Notes under the pieces: generated by a model
Told to the model about the DNA's origin: nothing
Database searches by the model: none
Seen by the model: only the letters and a program-made list of their open reading frames with translations
Assembly (NCBI RefSeq): GCF_009914755.1
Contig: NC_060934.1
Source of the DNA: the human T2T-CHM13v2.0 reference genome, Homo sapiens
Reading direction: 5' to 3' (one strand)
Length of the DNA stretch: 64,000 bases
In this document: one piece after another, positions 13,801 to 29,497 of the stretch
Layout of the letters: each line of letters begins with the position of its first letter
Numbering within the stretch: the stretch's first letter is position 1
Made by a program: the position numbers and the translations under genes

Positions 13801-16800
13801 TATTAATTTAGTCTTTGATTCAGTAATAGGAATGGCTTTTAAAAAGACAGATTCAGATACAAAACTGCATTAAGGAGAGGTCTAGTTAAGTAGATGGGAA
13901 GTGTTAGAACTGCAAATATTAGAACTGTGGTAACATTTGTATATTAAAGATAAGAATACTGTAACCTATTAAAGTTGATTGGAAAAAGTAGTTTTACATT
14001 TCTTTTTCCCTCCTGGCAAAGTGGAAATAGGAATATGGTGGTTGAAATTCCAGTTAGGTTTGAAATTTCTTTTTAAGGACTTGATTATTCGAGCCCTTGC
14101 ATCTTCTCTTATCCAAAGTTATTTGCTTTTCAACCGAGCTCTTTGCTACTAGGTTGAACAGATAAATAAGCTGCATCTTGAATTCATTTTTGAACTTGGA
14201 ATCCAGCATTTAAAGGAAACCGAGAGGGGCCTATTCATTGGGATTTTATTTAGCCGGGCAACTTCTCTTTCTGGCTTGTGAAAAATGGACGTTTTTTCCT
14301 CACTGAAACAACATAATCCTTTCTAATACAAAAGATTTAGACCTTGGAGTGTGAAGGGTTAATGGTGGTCCTTCCCAGTTGTCCTCCCACCCCCCCACCT
14401 CACCCCTGATTGTTTTGACAACACTTTTCAAAGTGTGACATTCCAAGCCCCTACATAACAATGTAATATTACTGTAATTACACAGGTCATTACATTTTAA
14501 ATAGAGAACAATAAAATGCTTATCGCCCTGAAAAAGAACAGGTGTTCTTACCCTTCTTTGGTATTTATGCTAATTGTTTTTCATCTCCTTCAGAAATATT
14601 TATGGCGAACATGTTTAGATTTCAATCTCAATGCAACCGTATTAATTCCATGCTAATCTTTATAGGTTGGGGTTTAATGTCTGCAGTATGGATTATAGGC
14701 TCAACATTCACCCAATAAGTCATATTTTAATGATTATAAATTAAATATGCCAGCGCTTTCCACTTTGTTGATATTGAAACTTTCTGAAATCCCAGAAACA
14801 AACTCAGGCATTTGGGAGCCTAACGAGCTTATCTGGAAGACGTGTTTTTGGAAACTTTTGACTGTTTAAGGGAAGGAGCTTTGACTGATGCCCTCTGTGT
14901 CTGATTGAGAAAGAGTTTTTTGAGGAAAACAATCCTCGTTCTTGCTAGGAGTTCTTCACCTTGATTTTAATTTTACTGATAGGGATTTCATTTAGAGTCA
15001 TTGCTGGAAGTTGGTCAGCTTTCTGTTTCTTAGCAAGCTGTGAAAAAGTTACCGGAAGGTTTCCAGGGGCTTGCAGATCAAGAATGCTGTTCTGTTTGCC
15101 GTGCTGGATCGCTGCAGTTCTGCACGCCATTAAAAAAAATATTTGCTTTAGAAAACTAGCATTTTAATAGTTGCACCAGAGGCTGTGCTTTTAAAGATTA
15201 CAGTAGAAGTCTTTCCAGGTTTCGAATGCCTCCTTACATCCCACGAGGTGCCCCTGGCTGTGTGCAAAAAGTGCCTAGATTTCTCGGTGGAGAAATCCTG
15301 GTGCAACTTCTCTTACACACGTGCAGTGGGTAAACTAGAAGGTATCTAAGAGGATTTTACATTTTGTCAGATGTTTCACAACAGGCCCCCCTGAATCACA
15401 TTAAAAATGCACTGTAGAGAAAGGACAGCTGCAAATTTTTGTGTGGACGCGTGTTTCTGGACCGTGACTAAAACTCCGAGGACCTTTCCCCCAGCTGTCT
15501 GGAAGTTATGTGGAAGTTGGTTTATTGGCAGTTAAGTATGAGACAACCTGGATTTAGCAAATGCTCTCTCCTGCACAGGAAGTAGATGACATTATATTGG
15601 GGGAAGGGAGGAGATTTCAGGCAAGGAGTGATTTACCTTTTTTTTTTTTTTTTTTTTTTAAATGCTGGAGTTGCCAAATAAATAAGCACTTTCCAGGGAA
15701 GTAAGTGTAAGCTTTTTAGTCTTGGTGAGTGGCATTAGATAATATCTTTGACTGCATTTATAATTCTTTTGAGGTGACACATTTTAAAGTTTGGAAAAGG
15801 AGGCTGAACCAAATTCTTGAGGGTCTTATTTTCAAAGGGGTGTGTGATGTGGGCATCTGAGTTTCTTCTGGGAGTGAATATTGGCAACTATGTAAGTAAA
15901 TCTTCAACTCTGACTTATAATTGAGCACATTTGTGAAGGAAATGGTTAATTTTACAACCAAAGGCAAACTCGCACCTCGACAGGTCTGCTGAAAGAAATG
16001 TGCCCCAGTCTTTTTGCTGGCAAGCGCACCACCAGGTCATAAATCCACAGGCTTTATTTACAGCCCATAACACTTATGAATGTTAAGATATTTGACGCCA
16101 CGTTGGCCTTATAATATTCAAGGTCCGCAGACATTGGCAGTAGCTCAGATTTCTCTCACTAATTATAAGCAATGAGATGGGGGGAGGTGGTGGTATCCTA
16201 ATGCAAATGCTGCCCTCCCTTCTCCGCTGACCCCCACCTCTACAATCTTGAGTTTACTGAGACAGACGCCACCACTCCTTTGGCAGCTGACTTGTACGTT
16301 TCCTCTAGGCTATTGTTATACACATTTATAAAGAGCACTTTCAGGAATGGAAATTCAGTGGGGGCTCTGCACAGATGCCTTTTTCAAAAGCAAAGTTGCT
16401 CTAGGTGTTTGCATCTTTTCCCTTTTCTTTTCTCCCTTTTTCCTTTCTTTCTCTTTTCTTAATTCCCCCCAACACCCCCACCTTTTTTTTTTTTTTTTTT
16501 TTTTTTGAGATTACATTGCCTATATTGTGCATTTTCCCCAGGAATACTTAAAGAAACCTGGTATGGGAGACGGCTCTTTAATTTATATGATGTTCCCCTG
16601 AGTGGAAGGGAAAATGTACACATTACATAGTACACTAGTTAAACTAGTTAACGTGAGAGTTTTTAAAAAAGTGAGATGAGGTGAAGAGAGTTGACTAAAA
16701 GAATATAATAGGTGAGGGGAAAAAAAATCCAGGTTTACACTGGGGATGGGAGGGCTGCTTATTTGTGAAAAATGTACTGGTATCTGCGGGAGGAGGCACA

Positions 16801-19800
16801 GAAAAGTAGCCAGAGGAGACAGAATAAATGCCTAAGAAAGATAAGAAAAGTATAATACAAGAGAACAAAGATTTGGGTTTGGGGGAATTGAAATTGGAGA
16901 TTGGAAGTTTCCTTATGGAGGGGCGTGGGAGTACCCTGGGCTGGGCTATTAAAAAGGGATATTGCTTTGCTCAGCAAAGATGGGCTGCGATCCCTTCATT
17001 ACCCAGGGTGTTCTACCTAGCCACAGATGTGTTTCCTATCAGTTACTGTGTAAGCATCTGAGGGTGAGGCATTATCTGTGGTGGAGACTGGAGTGTGAGA
17101 GAGAAGGCCAGTTGTCCTGCTGATTTTAATTTATGTTGAAAAAGTGGGCTGTTCTGGTGTATTACAAACTGACTACGCGGTATAAGGAGGAAGTGAGATT
17201 CAAAGGTGTTTGCCAGGCCAGGAGAGATGATGGCTCTCATTTCTGACTGGATCCTTCCTTCCATCCAACCCAAACTTAAAGACCCAGGCCGAAAGGTTTT
17301 CTTTTCTAATCAATGGCATGCAGAAACTTACTAGCCCTCAGGGATAGATATGAATCCCTAAACAGCTCATTACAAAGAAGGGGCTGTGGGATCTTTGAAC
17401 GGGTTATCAGCCGAGGTGTTCTTTGCTTTTCCCAAGATAGGTTTTTTCTCCTTAGGCACATCTGATTTCGGGCTAGTAATTCGACCTGTTATATTTTATT
17501 CTTTTTGTCATGCAGTAGCCCCAACCAGGTCGGTCTACGGAGGAAGGAATGGCCAGGAGTGGCATCAGCCCTGAAGGAGTTAAAATTGCTCCCTAAAGTT
17601 TGGCATCATGAAAATAAATTTGAGGCCTGGTAGGCATTAGCAGGGCACAGCACATTTACAGAGCTTAATTAGTACGCACTGTAATTGTTCATGGTCTGCC
17701 AGAAGAAGTAATGTTCAGGAAAAGTGGAGTCCCTCTCTTGCAGTCTTCAGCTTGAAACCGATAAATCACTTGCATATTTGTGTAGTGATTCAAATGGAGC
17801 TAAGACCTCTCCCATCCCAACATGTGGTAAATTGTAAAGTCAATGAATTGCAGATGTAGGCTACAGTGAGATTCTCTAAGAAAATGCAGAATGAATGGGA
17901 AAGAGTGACGCTATAAATATTTACTGAGAAGATAACTAGATTCCTTCGTGCTGGGCCAATTATGATGTACTAAAATATATTAGTAAAATGCTTAAAAAAT
18001 TGAGAGGATTTGTGTGGGTCTTTGGGTGGGTTGGTTTGTTTTGGAAAGTGAAATAAAAGGCACTATGTTGTTGTCGTGTCAGTTTTATTAAGCCTGAATC
18101 ACAATGGCATACCCAGGGAAGGACACATGAAACCCACATTAATGCAAATTAATTCGTTATGAGTTGCAGCACTGCGACTGCTAAGTGGAGTAATGATGGG
18201 GCATCATTTTAAGAGTTTTAGTGTAGCAACTTTTAATGAAAAATGCTGTGTTAGGAACATGTCTCAGCACTTCAGCCCACGTGTTTTTCTATATGCTAGA
18301 AATATGTTTTGTACAAGAGCAGGAAACTTGATTCACTTTATTTTTTCCCCCAGACAGTTTAAGAGCTTTAATTATGTTTTGACGTTGAAAGAAAATCATC
18401 TAGTTTTTCTCAAAAATCAACCCAGAAATGCCCATCACCATAAAGAAGTTCAAGCTCAACTTTTTTTTTTTGCGAGACTTTGCAGCACAAAGTGGAGAAA
18501 CGATGAACATAGCATTTCCCCGCAGACCTACAGATAAAACTTTCTTGAAGCGACTTTTTCCCCTTTTTTTCTTCTTAGAGAATTTTGGTCTCAGGCAATG
18601 TTGCAAGTCAATACTTCTTTCCCCAAATGTGAGTAGGTGGATACGTATAGAAGCTGTAAAAGTTAATGATCGTTCTCTGACTCATAGCTGATGGTTTCAG
18701 GTTGAGGAAAAGAAAAATTAATGAGGGTAAATAGACATTTGATGGAACATTGAGACAGTAGGAGAGATTGTTCTTGTGTCTAAAGGCATGCATTTTGTTG
18801 CAGCAGAATTTCTGAGGCAGAATGCCAGGAAGTGAAAGGGGATGCTGTCGTTAAGTTATTGTTTAGGGATGGTACAAATGTTCAGTGTCTAGATCTCTGC
18901 AGGAATGTTTAAGCTCAAGTACCAGGCAATGCTGGTTTTGCCTTTTCTCTTGAAGTCAGAGGCCCCCCTTGGTACTTTTTATAAGGGCAGGCAGTCACCC
19001 AAAGTCTTGGTCAAAAGTTTATTTCCCATTAAATGTAAAAGGCTCTCAACACAGGACTGGGGGCAGTGGGGTAGGGGAAGCTGGGCTTATAATGGCCTGT
19101 GGTTGCTCAAATGACTAATGACCTAAGAAAAGGTCTTAGGTATACTAAAAAAAAGTATTTTGTTTCTTAAGGTAATTACATGGAAATTAGATTTCAAGTG
19201 GCTCATGGTAGCAGCTACAGGGTAGAGAGGAAAGTGGACCAAAAAAACTAACACCTCCTAGGAAATGATCTGTTTTTTTTTTAATATAGATAAGAGAAAG
19301 CCAGGTGATTCATAAAACTGAAAATAAAGTAAATGTTCCACCTCTTCCCAATTTAGCAGGACGAATAGGCATCAAAAATTAATGTGCATCATGTTAGAAG
19401 TTAGCTTAGTGCTGGAAAAACCAACAGAGGATTTCAATTGTTTTAATTGTCTTTGAGGAGGAGATTCCTGTGGTTGAAAAAAGCTGTTTCCCATTCCATG
19501 TCTGGGTATCTCTGATGTTTTGCATATCAGAAACATCAAATTTAGAGCCCAGTAGTGATTAGAAATAAGATGAAGAATCTAGATATGATGATAATAAGGG
19601 AAGGGGTTAATCTTAAAATGTTGGTCTTTACATTGCTGAAGAATTTTGCAAGCCTGTGCTGAGAACTGCCGAGTCTTCACCGTTCTTCCTCTGGACAAGT
19701 GAGGGCTGAGGCATTTGTGGGTAGTAGAATGGGGGATGGGCTTGGTCACTGATTTTTGTTGAGAGCTTCATGGGAAGCAATGAAATGGAAAATACGCTGG

Positions 19801-19980
19801 AGTTCTCATCTGGTGACTCCCTGGGTACTCCAGGCAGGGAAGTGCCATTTTGAAGGTGTGAGGCACAGCCAGGTGAGAGCAGCCATGTTTGCCGGATGAG
19901 GAAATGATGTGGAGTGGTCTTGGAGCACTCCTGGTGACTGGTGCAGGACAGTCCCAAGAGATGAGGCAGATGGGAACCTG

Positions 19981-20622
<642 letters not shown>

Positions 20623-21167
20623 TAAACTCAGATGTGCCTTAGTCATCTTGTCCTGGACTTCGCAGTCTCACCTCATATTCCAAAGCACACAAATGGCCTA
20701 CCATCTTTTATTCTTCCTTCTAGCTTCTGGAGAGAGAAATGATTGTTCCAGTTTAGAATGCCAGGGGTTTACTGGGTGTTTGTATTTTTTATCTGTGCCT
20801 TAAAAAAATTAGATTATAATGAACAAGACATCTTTATGTTTTACAGGGAAGGAAAAAGCAGTGAAAGTATGCATTTTCGAAAGAAAAGTGTGTTGGGAAA
20901 AGAGAGAGAGGGTGGAAACCCAAAGGAGAAATGAAAATTTTAAGTCCTTGTTGCAGTAGCTGGAGGAAGTGAGCTTGGAAATCTCTCCAGCGCAATGGTT
21001 GCTGGCTGGGAAGAAAGATCTGACTTAGACACAGAATAAGCTGCTTGTGCTGGGTGTGTTTGTGAGCTGGGTGAGGTTTTCTGTGTCGCTGGGCACGTGA
21101 GGGAAGTTACGTGGCTGGGGGGTGGGGTGGGGGGCATTAGAAGGGAGTATGGGTGTCTGTGGGCGCT

Positions 21168-21181
21168 CGCGTGTGCGTGTA

Positions 21182-21214
<33 letters not shown>
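21168..21214. repeat. Compound (TG)n(AG)n microsatellite
   Basis: cgcgtgtgcgtgtatgtgtg...tgagagagagagagag. Confidence 0.9.
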
Positions 21215-21875
21215 AGGTAAAATTAACTTTGTCCTATATGTTGGTTTCTCTGCTAGAGTCTTAAGGAACTTGCAGCTGCATTTTTATTGTTTCAATTACA
21301 GCATTCTCTCTAGGATTGTTGGTGTTATTTGGGTGATGATGAAGGCAAGGATTAAGAACAGAACTGGACAAGTGAAAATTGAATTTGGATTAACCACAGT
21401 TTGATTAATTTATTCATAAGATTGTGACTATATGAATTTTTTTCAACAACATATCCTTAGTTATCAGGTGTCCACTCAATTTTAATTGACAATATAAGAT
21501 TCCTATGGTAACCCTGTGTACAGATTGCCTAGGGGCTCTGCAGGGATTGTGGGAAGAGAAGCTTGGACAAGTTTCCATTAAGATCTGAATCAGGCGATTG
21601 GAAAAGAAGAGAATAAAACCAACTGAAAAGAGAGGGACAAGTTGTTAGTGTTGCCTACTCTGCTTTGAAGGAGAACCCTCCTCAGACAAGAGCTACTTTC
21701 TGGCCAAGAATTCCAGGCTCGCAGAGAAACCTGTCCCAGGCACAGAAGTTGTTTTAACATGATGCAGAATTGTCACAGTAATTAGTGCAATCTCCGTTTA
21801 CTGACTGGCAGTTTTTACACAAAGGAGATAGGGACAAAGGGTGCAAAGTCATCTTTGTTTTTCAGCAGGTCACTT

Positions 21876-22211
<336 letters not shown>

Positions 22212-23843
22212 TGAGTATGTGTGGGGGGCTGTGTGTGGGGGACAGATCTTCTGTTGTTTTAGGGCAATGTGGTTCATTACTCTCCTTTGACAGGTATAGG
22301 GTTTTTTTCCCACCTACTTCATTGTGTCTCCTTTTAATTTTGATTAATATTCTGTTTGGGGCAAGCAGACTTACATTATATCTATATATAAATATATATG
22401 TAATGTTTTCTATTTGTTTATTTGGAACAGATAAAATGATCTCAGAGCCCACTGCATCCTAAAATGGATATTTATAGACTTAGCCCATGAACAACATGGA
22501 TTTAGACTATTTTTTTTATGGGATTACTACCCTTGTGTTTATTTTGAGTTAGTTCAAAAGTTCTTATGTGATTTTTTCCACTTTTATTTATTTTTTAAAA
22601 CTGTGTGGACTGAATTGTTTTTCTTCCAGGGAGCAAGATACAAATTATCTGGATCTGAAACTCGCAGCCTAAATTACACTTTGTGCTAGTAACACAGACG
22701 TGTTCTGGTAGTAGTAATAGCACAGGAGTAGTAACGGTAGTTTATTATAATACTACAGATCCATTTTTGGAAATGCAGTTGATTTGCCTGTTGCAAGGAG
22801 GGGAAATGGACATCAATTTCACAGGGTCATCTGATTCCTCATTAGTAGTTCCTATTTGGCAAATTAAAATGCATTTTCAGATAATTGTTGAGATCCTTCA
22901 GTGATTATTGTATTGTTTATAAAGTAAATCAGCAGATGGTGTTTGTTTTCCCAATTGATGGGATCCCAAGATTAGCAAGTATTACTTGGGAAGATGAGAA
23001 TTGGGTGAACAATCTTGCTCTTCCTATTTCGGGATACCTGCTTCATTGATGGGTGGTCTCTAGGACTTCAGAGGGAAAGGCTGAGGATAGACTTAGACCT
23101 TGGGGAGGGTCTGAGCCAATCAGTGACTTACATTCACTCAGTTGCCATCTAATAGGTGGTCCTCCCTTAGAAAATTGGCGGCTTTCTGGCAGTGTTTGGC
23201 CCTCTCTTTGGGGAAGTGTGGATTACTAGAGTGCAGGCGACAGAGATGGCCTGGGATGGACAGCTTAGTCATCATGAAAGAATGTGTAAGGCATCGGGTG
23301 GCCCCTGAATTCTGTCTGACACATTTGTTTTCCCAGAAATAGAATTGCATTGGAGAGTTGGGGCCCAGTTATTAGAAATATGGGGATGGGGTGCTTGTAC
23401 TTGTTGCAGTCTTGTGGCTTCTCATAATCTTTTCTCTCCTAATCCTTCCTCTTGCCTACATGTTGCAATTCTGATGACTTTTTGCAGCGCACAGTTCATT
23501 TTTCTTCAGCATCCCGCTCAGCACACTGGCTTCCTTTATGTCTTAATGGGCATCCGTCTTTCCTTTTCATGTCATTGATTCTCACTCGTGGCCCCCATCT
23601 TCCCTGTATGCTTATTGAATAGGTGCTTAAAAAACAAAAACAAAAACAAAAACAAAAAAACTTTACCTTAGATTGTTATGATCATCTTATCCATAGCAAC
23701 AAATGAAAGTACACAGGTCTTGATTGAATGCCAAGGCTGCAGTTCAATCTAGGAAGGTTTGTCTGCTATTCATAAACTGCTTAAGATGTTTTCTTGTAGT
23801 TTGTGACATAAGCAGAACGCTTTGATTTGGTTTCTTTCTACAG

Positions 23844-23912
23844 CTCCATTTTCAGTCCGGCAGCACACATTACTCTGCGTACAAAACGATTGAACACCAG
23901 ATTGCAGTTCAG
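23844..23912 (+). CDS. TCF7L2: TCF7L2 alternative cassette exon 4 (also called 3a), 69 nt, frame-preserving
   Basis: Acceptor tttctttctacag|CTC and donor CAG|GTAGGA. Encodes LHFQSGSTHYSAYKTIEHQIAVQ, the known optional TCF7L2 peptide. Too short to appear in the ORF track. Confidence 0.96.
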
Positions 23913-24004
23913 GTAGGAAACGCAAGAGATTCTGAAGCTTGAATTGTCTATATGTAGGTCTCTTGTGTGTTTTATTCTCCGCCCCTTCCCCCAACTGAGA
24001 TAAT

Positions 24005-24009
24005 GATGA

Positions 24010-24043
<34 letters not shown>

Positions 24044-24127
24044 GGTGATGGTGGTGGTGGTGGTGATGGTGGTGGTGGTGATGGTGGTGGTGGTGGTGAT
24101 GGTGGTGGTGGTGGTGGTGGGGGGGGG
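24005..24127. repeat. Interrupted trinucleotide repeat (GAT)8(GGT)6GAT(GGT)5GAT(GGT)4GAT(GGT)5GAT(GGT)6G9
   Basis: Counted directly from the sequence; explains the poly-His minus-strand ORF. Confidence 0.97.
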
Positions 24128-24921
24128 TTGAATCACTGGGGGAGAAGGGGAGCAAAGGAGAGAGAAGCAGGAGAAATGCTGCTGAAATGATTTAGAGATA
24201 TGGAAAGAAAGAGAAGGCTGTGCTTATTGTTAAGAGTTTCTTGACCGGGCATAATGGGCACACAGACCCCAGCTTGACTACTGTTTTTCTTTGCTTAGGG
24301 AGGGATCTTGAATTGGGAGTAAAACGGGGTGGCACAATGTGAATGGGAAGGCTTAAGGGGAGAGGTGGGAGAGGAGGCCGTGCAACAGCCAGAGGGTTGT
24401 TTCTGGTGGATCAAAATCATGTTAAGTGGTGCTAAGAATATCTCTTTGGACCTGATCATCCTGAAATGTTGATTTCTCTTGGACCTGTCTATGTATGACA
24501 CTAAATGTGCTGGAAGGGAAAGGCGACAGATCCCAGCTTCTGATGAGTGTCCTGTTTCCTGCTCACGTAGTACTTCCATTCTCTTAAATCCGAAGGCTAA
24601 ACAAATCATGGACTAATATAGACTCGGAGCTGAACTGATGCCAGCAGAATGCAGTAGAGGAGGGAGAGCAGACTAATACGATTTTCGTCTGTCTGCCTGG
24701 CCTTGCTGGGATGGATGTACCTCATGGTGTAACTAATGGTACCAAAACTTCTTGAGTGTTCTGGCTTAACCCTTTGAAGGGATTCTCTTGAAACCGTTTG
24801 CTGTAGTGTTGAGGTCTAGCTGGAGAGCCTTCTTTTTTTGTGAGTTGATGTTGGTTTGTTAGATCATTTGTGTTATTCCATGACTTCTTTTCTGGGCAAG
24901 AGCCCTTGCAGATAACTTGTC

Positions 24922-24979
<58 letters not shown>
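24922..24979. repeat. (TG)n microsatellite with a TA interruption
   Basis: Seen directly. Confidence 0.95.
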
Positions 24980-24980
<1 letters not shown>

Positions 24981-25177
24981 TCTTAGGTAGCTGCAGCCAC
25001 AATGCATCTTTGTAGCTCTGTCATCTCAGTTCTGCATCTTCCTTGATAAGACTTCCAGATAGCTGTTTGCCCCAGGTAAACGGAATTATTCCGCCAGTGA
25101 AAAGCATGAGTCAGCAGACATTTTTATTTGGTGCATTCCTAGTGTTTCTGTACTCATTTTCAGGCCACAGCAACTTA

Positions 25178-25511
<334 letters not shown>

Positions 25512-26843
25512 TTTCTTTTCTTGATTACTTCTGCAGTTGTGCCGCCAACCTTCTTATGTGTGTCTTTTGGGGGAAAGTGTGACTCTTGATTTTACCCTTC
25601 TCCACTCCTAACTGTTTCCAAGACTGACATGTCTTTAACTTGAGGCTGCAATTGTTCTTTTTGGCATGCTGCCCATTTGTCCCTCCTTCTTCCTTTTGAT
25701 GGACAGCATAGTAAGTCTTGCTCCCAGAAAGTGCTTTAGGTGCGGGACTTGGTTAGAGAACAAGCCCAAACCCTAACTCCTGGTGCCTGAGTGGATGTAC
25801 AACTCTTGGTGAACGGGTGGATGTACCATGTCGAGGCCTCCTACATCTCGGGTAGTGCTGGAAAATCTTATTGCCTGGGGTGTGGGAATTGTTGAGGTTG
25901 AATAGGATAGTGATCCTTATCTTGGTGTGGAAAGGCTGGCTGGGGCCATGTCACTGGGAGACTAGCCCAGACCAGACCAGCTGTTGTATCTTTACACCCG
26001 TTGCTGAAGTGCCCCTTGTTAGGCCGAGCAGTTCGTCTTTCTCCAAACCACCTGGCACGGTGCAGGCCATGTGAAGCTCTTTCTCAGGAGGAAGATGGAG
26101 TAAATTACAGAGCTCATTGTTTTGGAGGACTGAAACCATTACTATTCCTCCATGAACAGGTAGTATTGTTCTCTGCTTCTATTTGCTAAGGCTTGATGCC
26201 CATGTGGGCAAACAGAGAGACATTTTATTAGAGACCCAGCACCATGCTTTTGCAGTGTTCATTCTCCCTCAGTCTCTGCTAGACCCGCACAAGGCCAAGC
26301 TAAATGGCATCTAGCTGTAATTTTAGTTTGATCCTCAAAGGATAAATGGAAAAAGCAAAACCAAAGAAGCAAAGGGAAAAGAAGGGGAAAGCTTAGACGA
26401 AATGAAATTGTTCCCAAAGTACATTGGGGAGCTCATAATCTTTTCGCTCTGGATGTGGCATAGAGCAGATATGTTCCTTTCGCTCCATTCTCCAACTTAA
26501 GACTAAATGCAGCGTGATTGTCGGGGCAGAATTATTGTCCCTGGAAACTTAAAACTGTTCAACCTTAATAAATACTAGATTTCAATAGAAGCTGAGCTTG
26601 TTGCTCTCCTAAGCTACATCCTAAAATAACCCAGAGTACTATGACCCTGTGCATCACATTAGACTCATACGACTCATACTCTTTTCCCTTCCCATCCCTC
26701 CTGTAATCTCAGGACTCAGCCAAGCTCACTGTTTATATGAATGGCCTTGGGTGATTCTATAGACACGTCACTTTCTTATAAAAGGTTTGGACACAATAGC
26801 AGTTGCTATGTTTAGATCTTTCCTACTTTTGACAGCCTCCTAG

Positions 26844-27234
<391 letters not shown>

Positions 27235-27500
27235 AAAAATTAAAAGATCTTTTAGAAAAGACATTGTTTTAAAATTCTATTGACTTTTAAAATGTTTTAT
27301 TGAAGTATAATATACATGTAACATAGTACACAGAACTTTAGTAGAGAGTAGAGAGGTGGATGAAGTTTTCCATATGTGAACGTCCATGAAACCATTACTC
27401 AGATCAATATATATAGAATGAGGTTGGGACACCTTTACTGTCAAGGGCCAGACACTAAATGTTTTGGGCTTTTTGAGCCGCTCAGTCTCTGTTGCAACTA

Positions 27501-28242
<742 letters not shown>

Positions 28243-29466
28243 TACTCAGCGCTTCTATTGTGGTTTGAAAGCAGTCAATGATAAACCCAAAGGAATATAT
28301 ATATATTCCTTGTTGTGTCTCAGTAAAACTTTATTTAGAAAAAAACAGGCAGTGGCTGTATTTGGTCCCAGAGGCTAACTTCTGATAAAGAGCTCCCCAG
28401 AAGTCTACCTTGTTTCCCCCTTTTTCCAGTTATTTGGCTTCTTCCTCTCTCCCCTGCCCCCACTGAAAAGTCTGTTAGTTTTATTTATCACTGTGGATTA
28501 GTTTTACCTGTTTTTTGACTTCATGTAAATGGAATCTTATAGAATGTACTGTTTCATGTCTGGCCACACTCAGCATATGTCTGTGAGTTTCATCCATGTT
28601 ATTTTGGGTAGCAATGGTTTGCTCTTTTTCATGGCCAAGTAGTATTCCACTGATGAATATGCTTCAGTGCATGCATCCTTCCTACGTTGTTGGATATTTG
28701 GAGTGCTTCCAGTTTTTTTGCGATTATGAATAAAGTTCTAGTAACATTCTCCCACACATCTTTTGGGGAAACATATATTTCCATTTCTGTTTATACACCA
28801 AGAGTAGACTTGGAGGGGCATGGGGTAAATGTGTGTTTAGTCTTGCACTGACCTTCTGAGAGAGACTTGAGTGCTGGATTTGAGTATTGTCATTGCAACA
28901 GGGCCAGTAGTTGTTAGGTATGTGAGTGATACGTGTAGGGTGAGCAGTAAATTTATCTAGGTGTGATCAGAGGCCAATTGCCCAAGCTCCGGTGCAGGCC
29001 CCTTCATGCAGTGATTTGGCCTTTGGCCCCAGCTCCTAGGAACTCCTCCCACTGTCTCCATTAACCTGGGAGGAGGACTAGCAGGCTGAATTCCAGAGGT
29101 GGACCCACATTGCAGATGTGTGTAAACAGAGCTGTCTCCCAGGAATGCCCTGCAGGTGATTGTAGATAATGTTTAGGCATCTCTATTGCCTTCATGAAGA
29201 AAGCCCTTCCAACACTCCTACTCTCAGCATTATTCCAAACCTATGAGCACTGTTGTGATGAAGGTCGAGACCCACAGAAGATGTTTCCCTTGGTTTTTGG
29301 AAGGGCTACTTCTGAGCCAATTAAGCCTTTGTTTTAAGAGCGTTTTGGCCAAAGGTTAATGTTTTAACACCAAGTCAGATGTGATTTAGGAAAAACCTCC
29401 ACATGCAGCAAAAACAAACTGTGTAAACCTTTCTTGGTTGTTATTCTTTTTAGATTTGAAGTGGTT

Positions 29467-29497
29467 TGTGTGTGTGTGTGTGTGTGCATGTGCGCGC
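29467..29497. repeat. (TG)n plus alternating purine-pyrimidine tail
   Basis: tgtgtgtg...tgcatgtgcgcgc. Confidence 0.88.

Noticed and set aside
16634-16652. Tandem actagtta(a) mini-palindromes
   Set aside because: Too short to distinguish from chance or slippage.
23838-24155. Minus-strand poly-histidine ORF (105 aa)
   Set aside because: Translation artefact of the (GAT/GGT)n repeat; non-ATG start and no other coding evidence.
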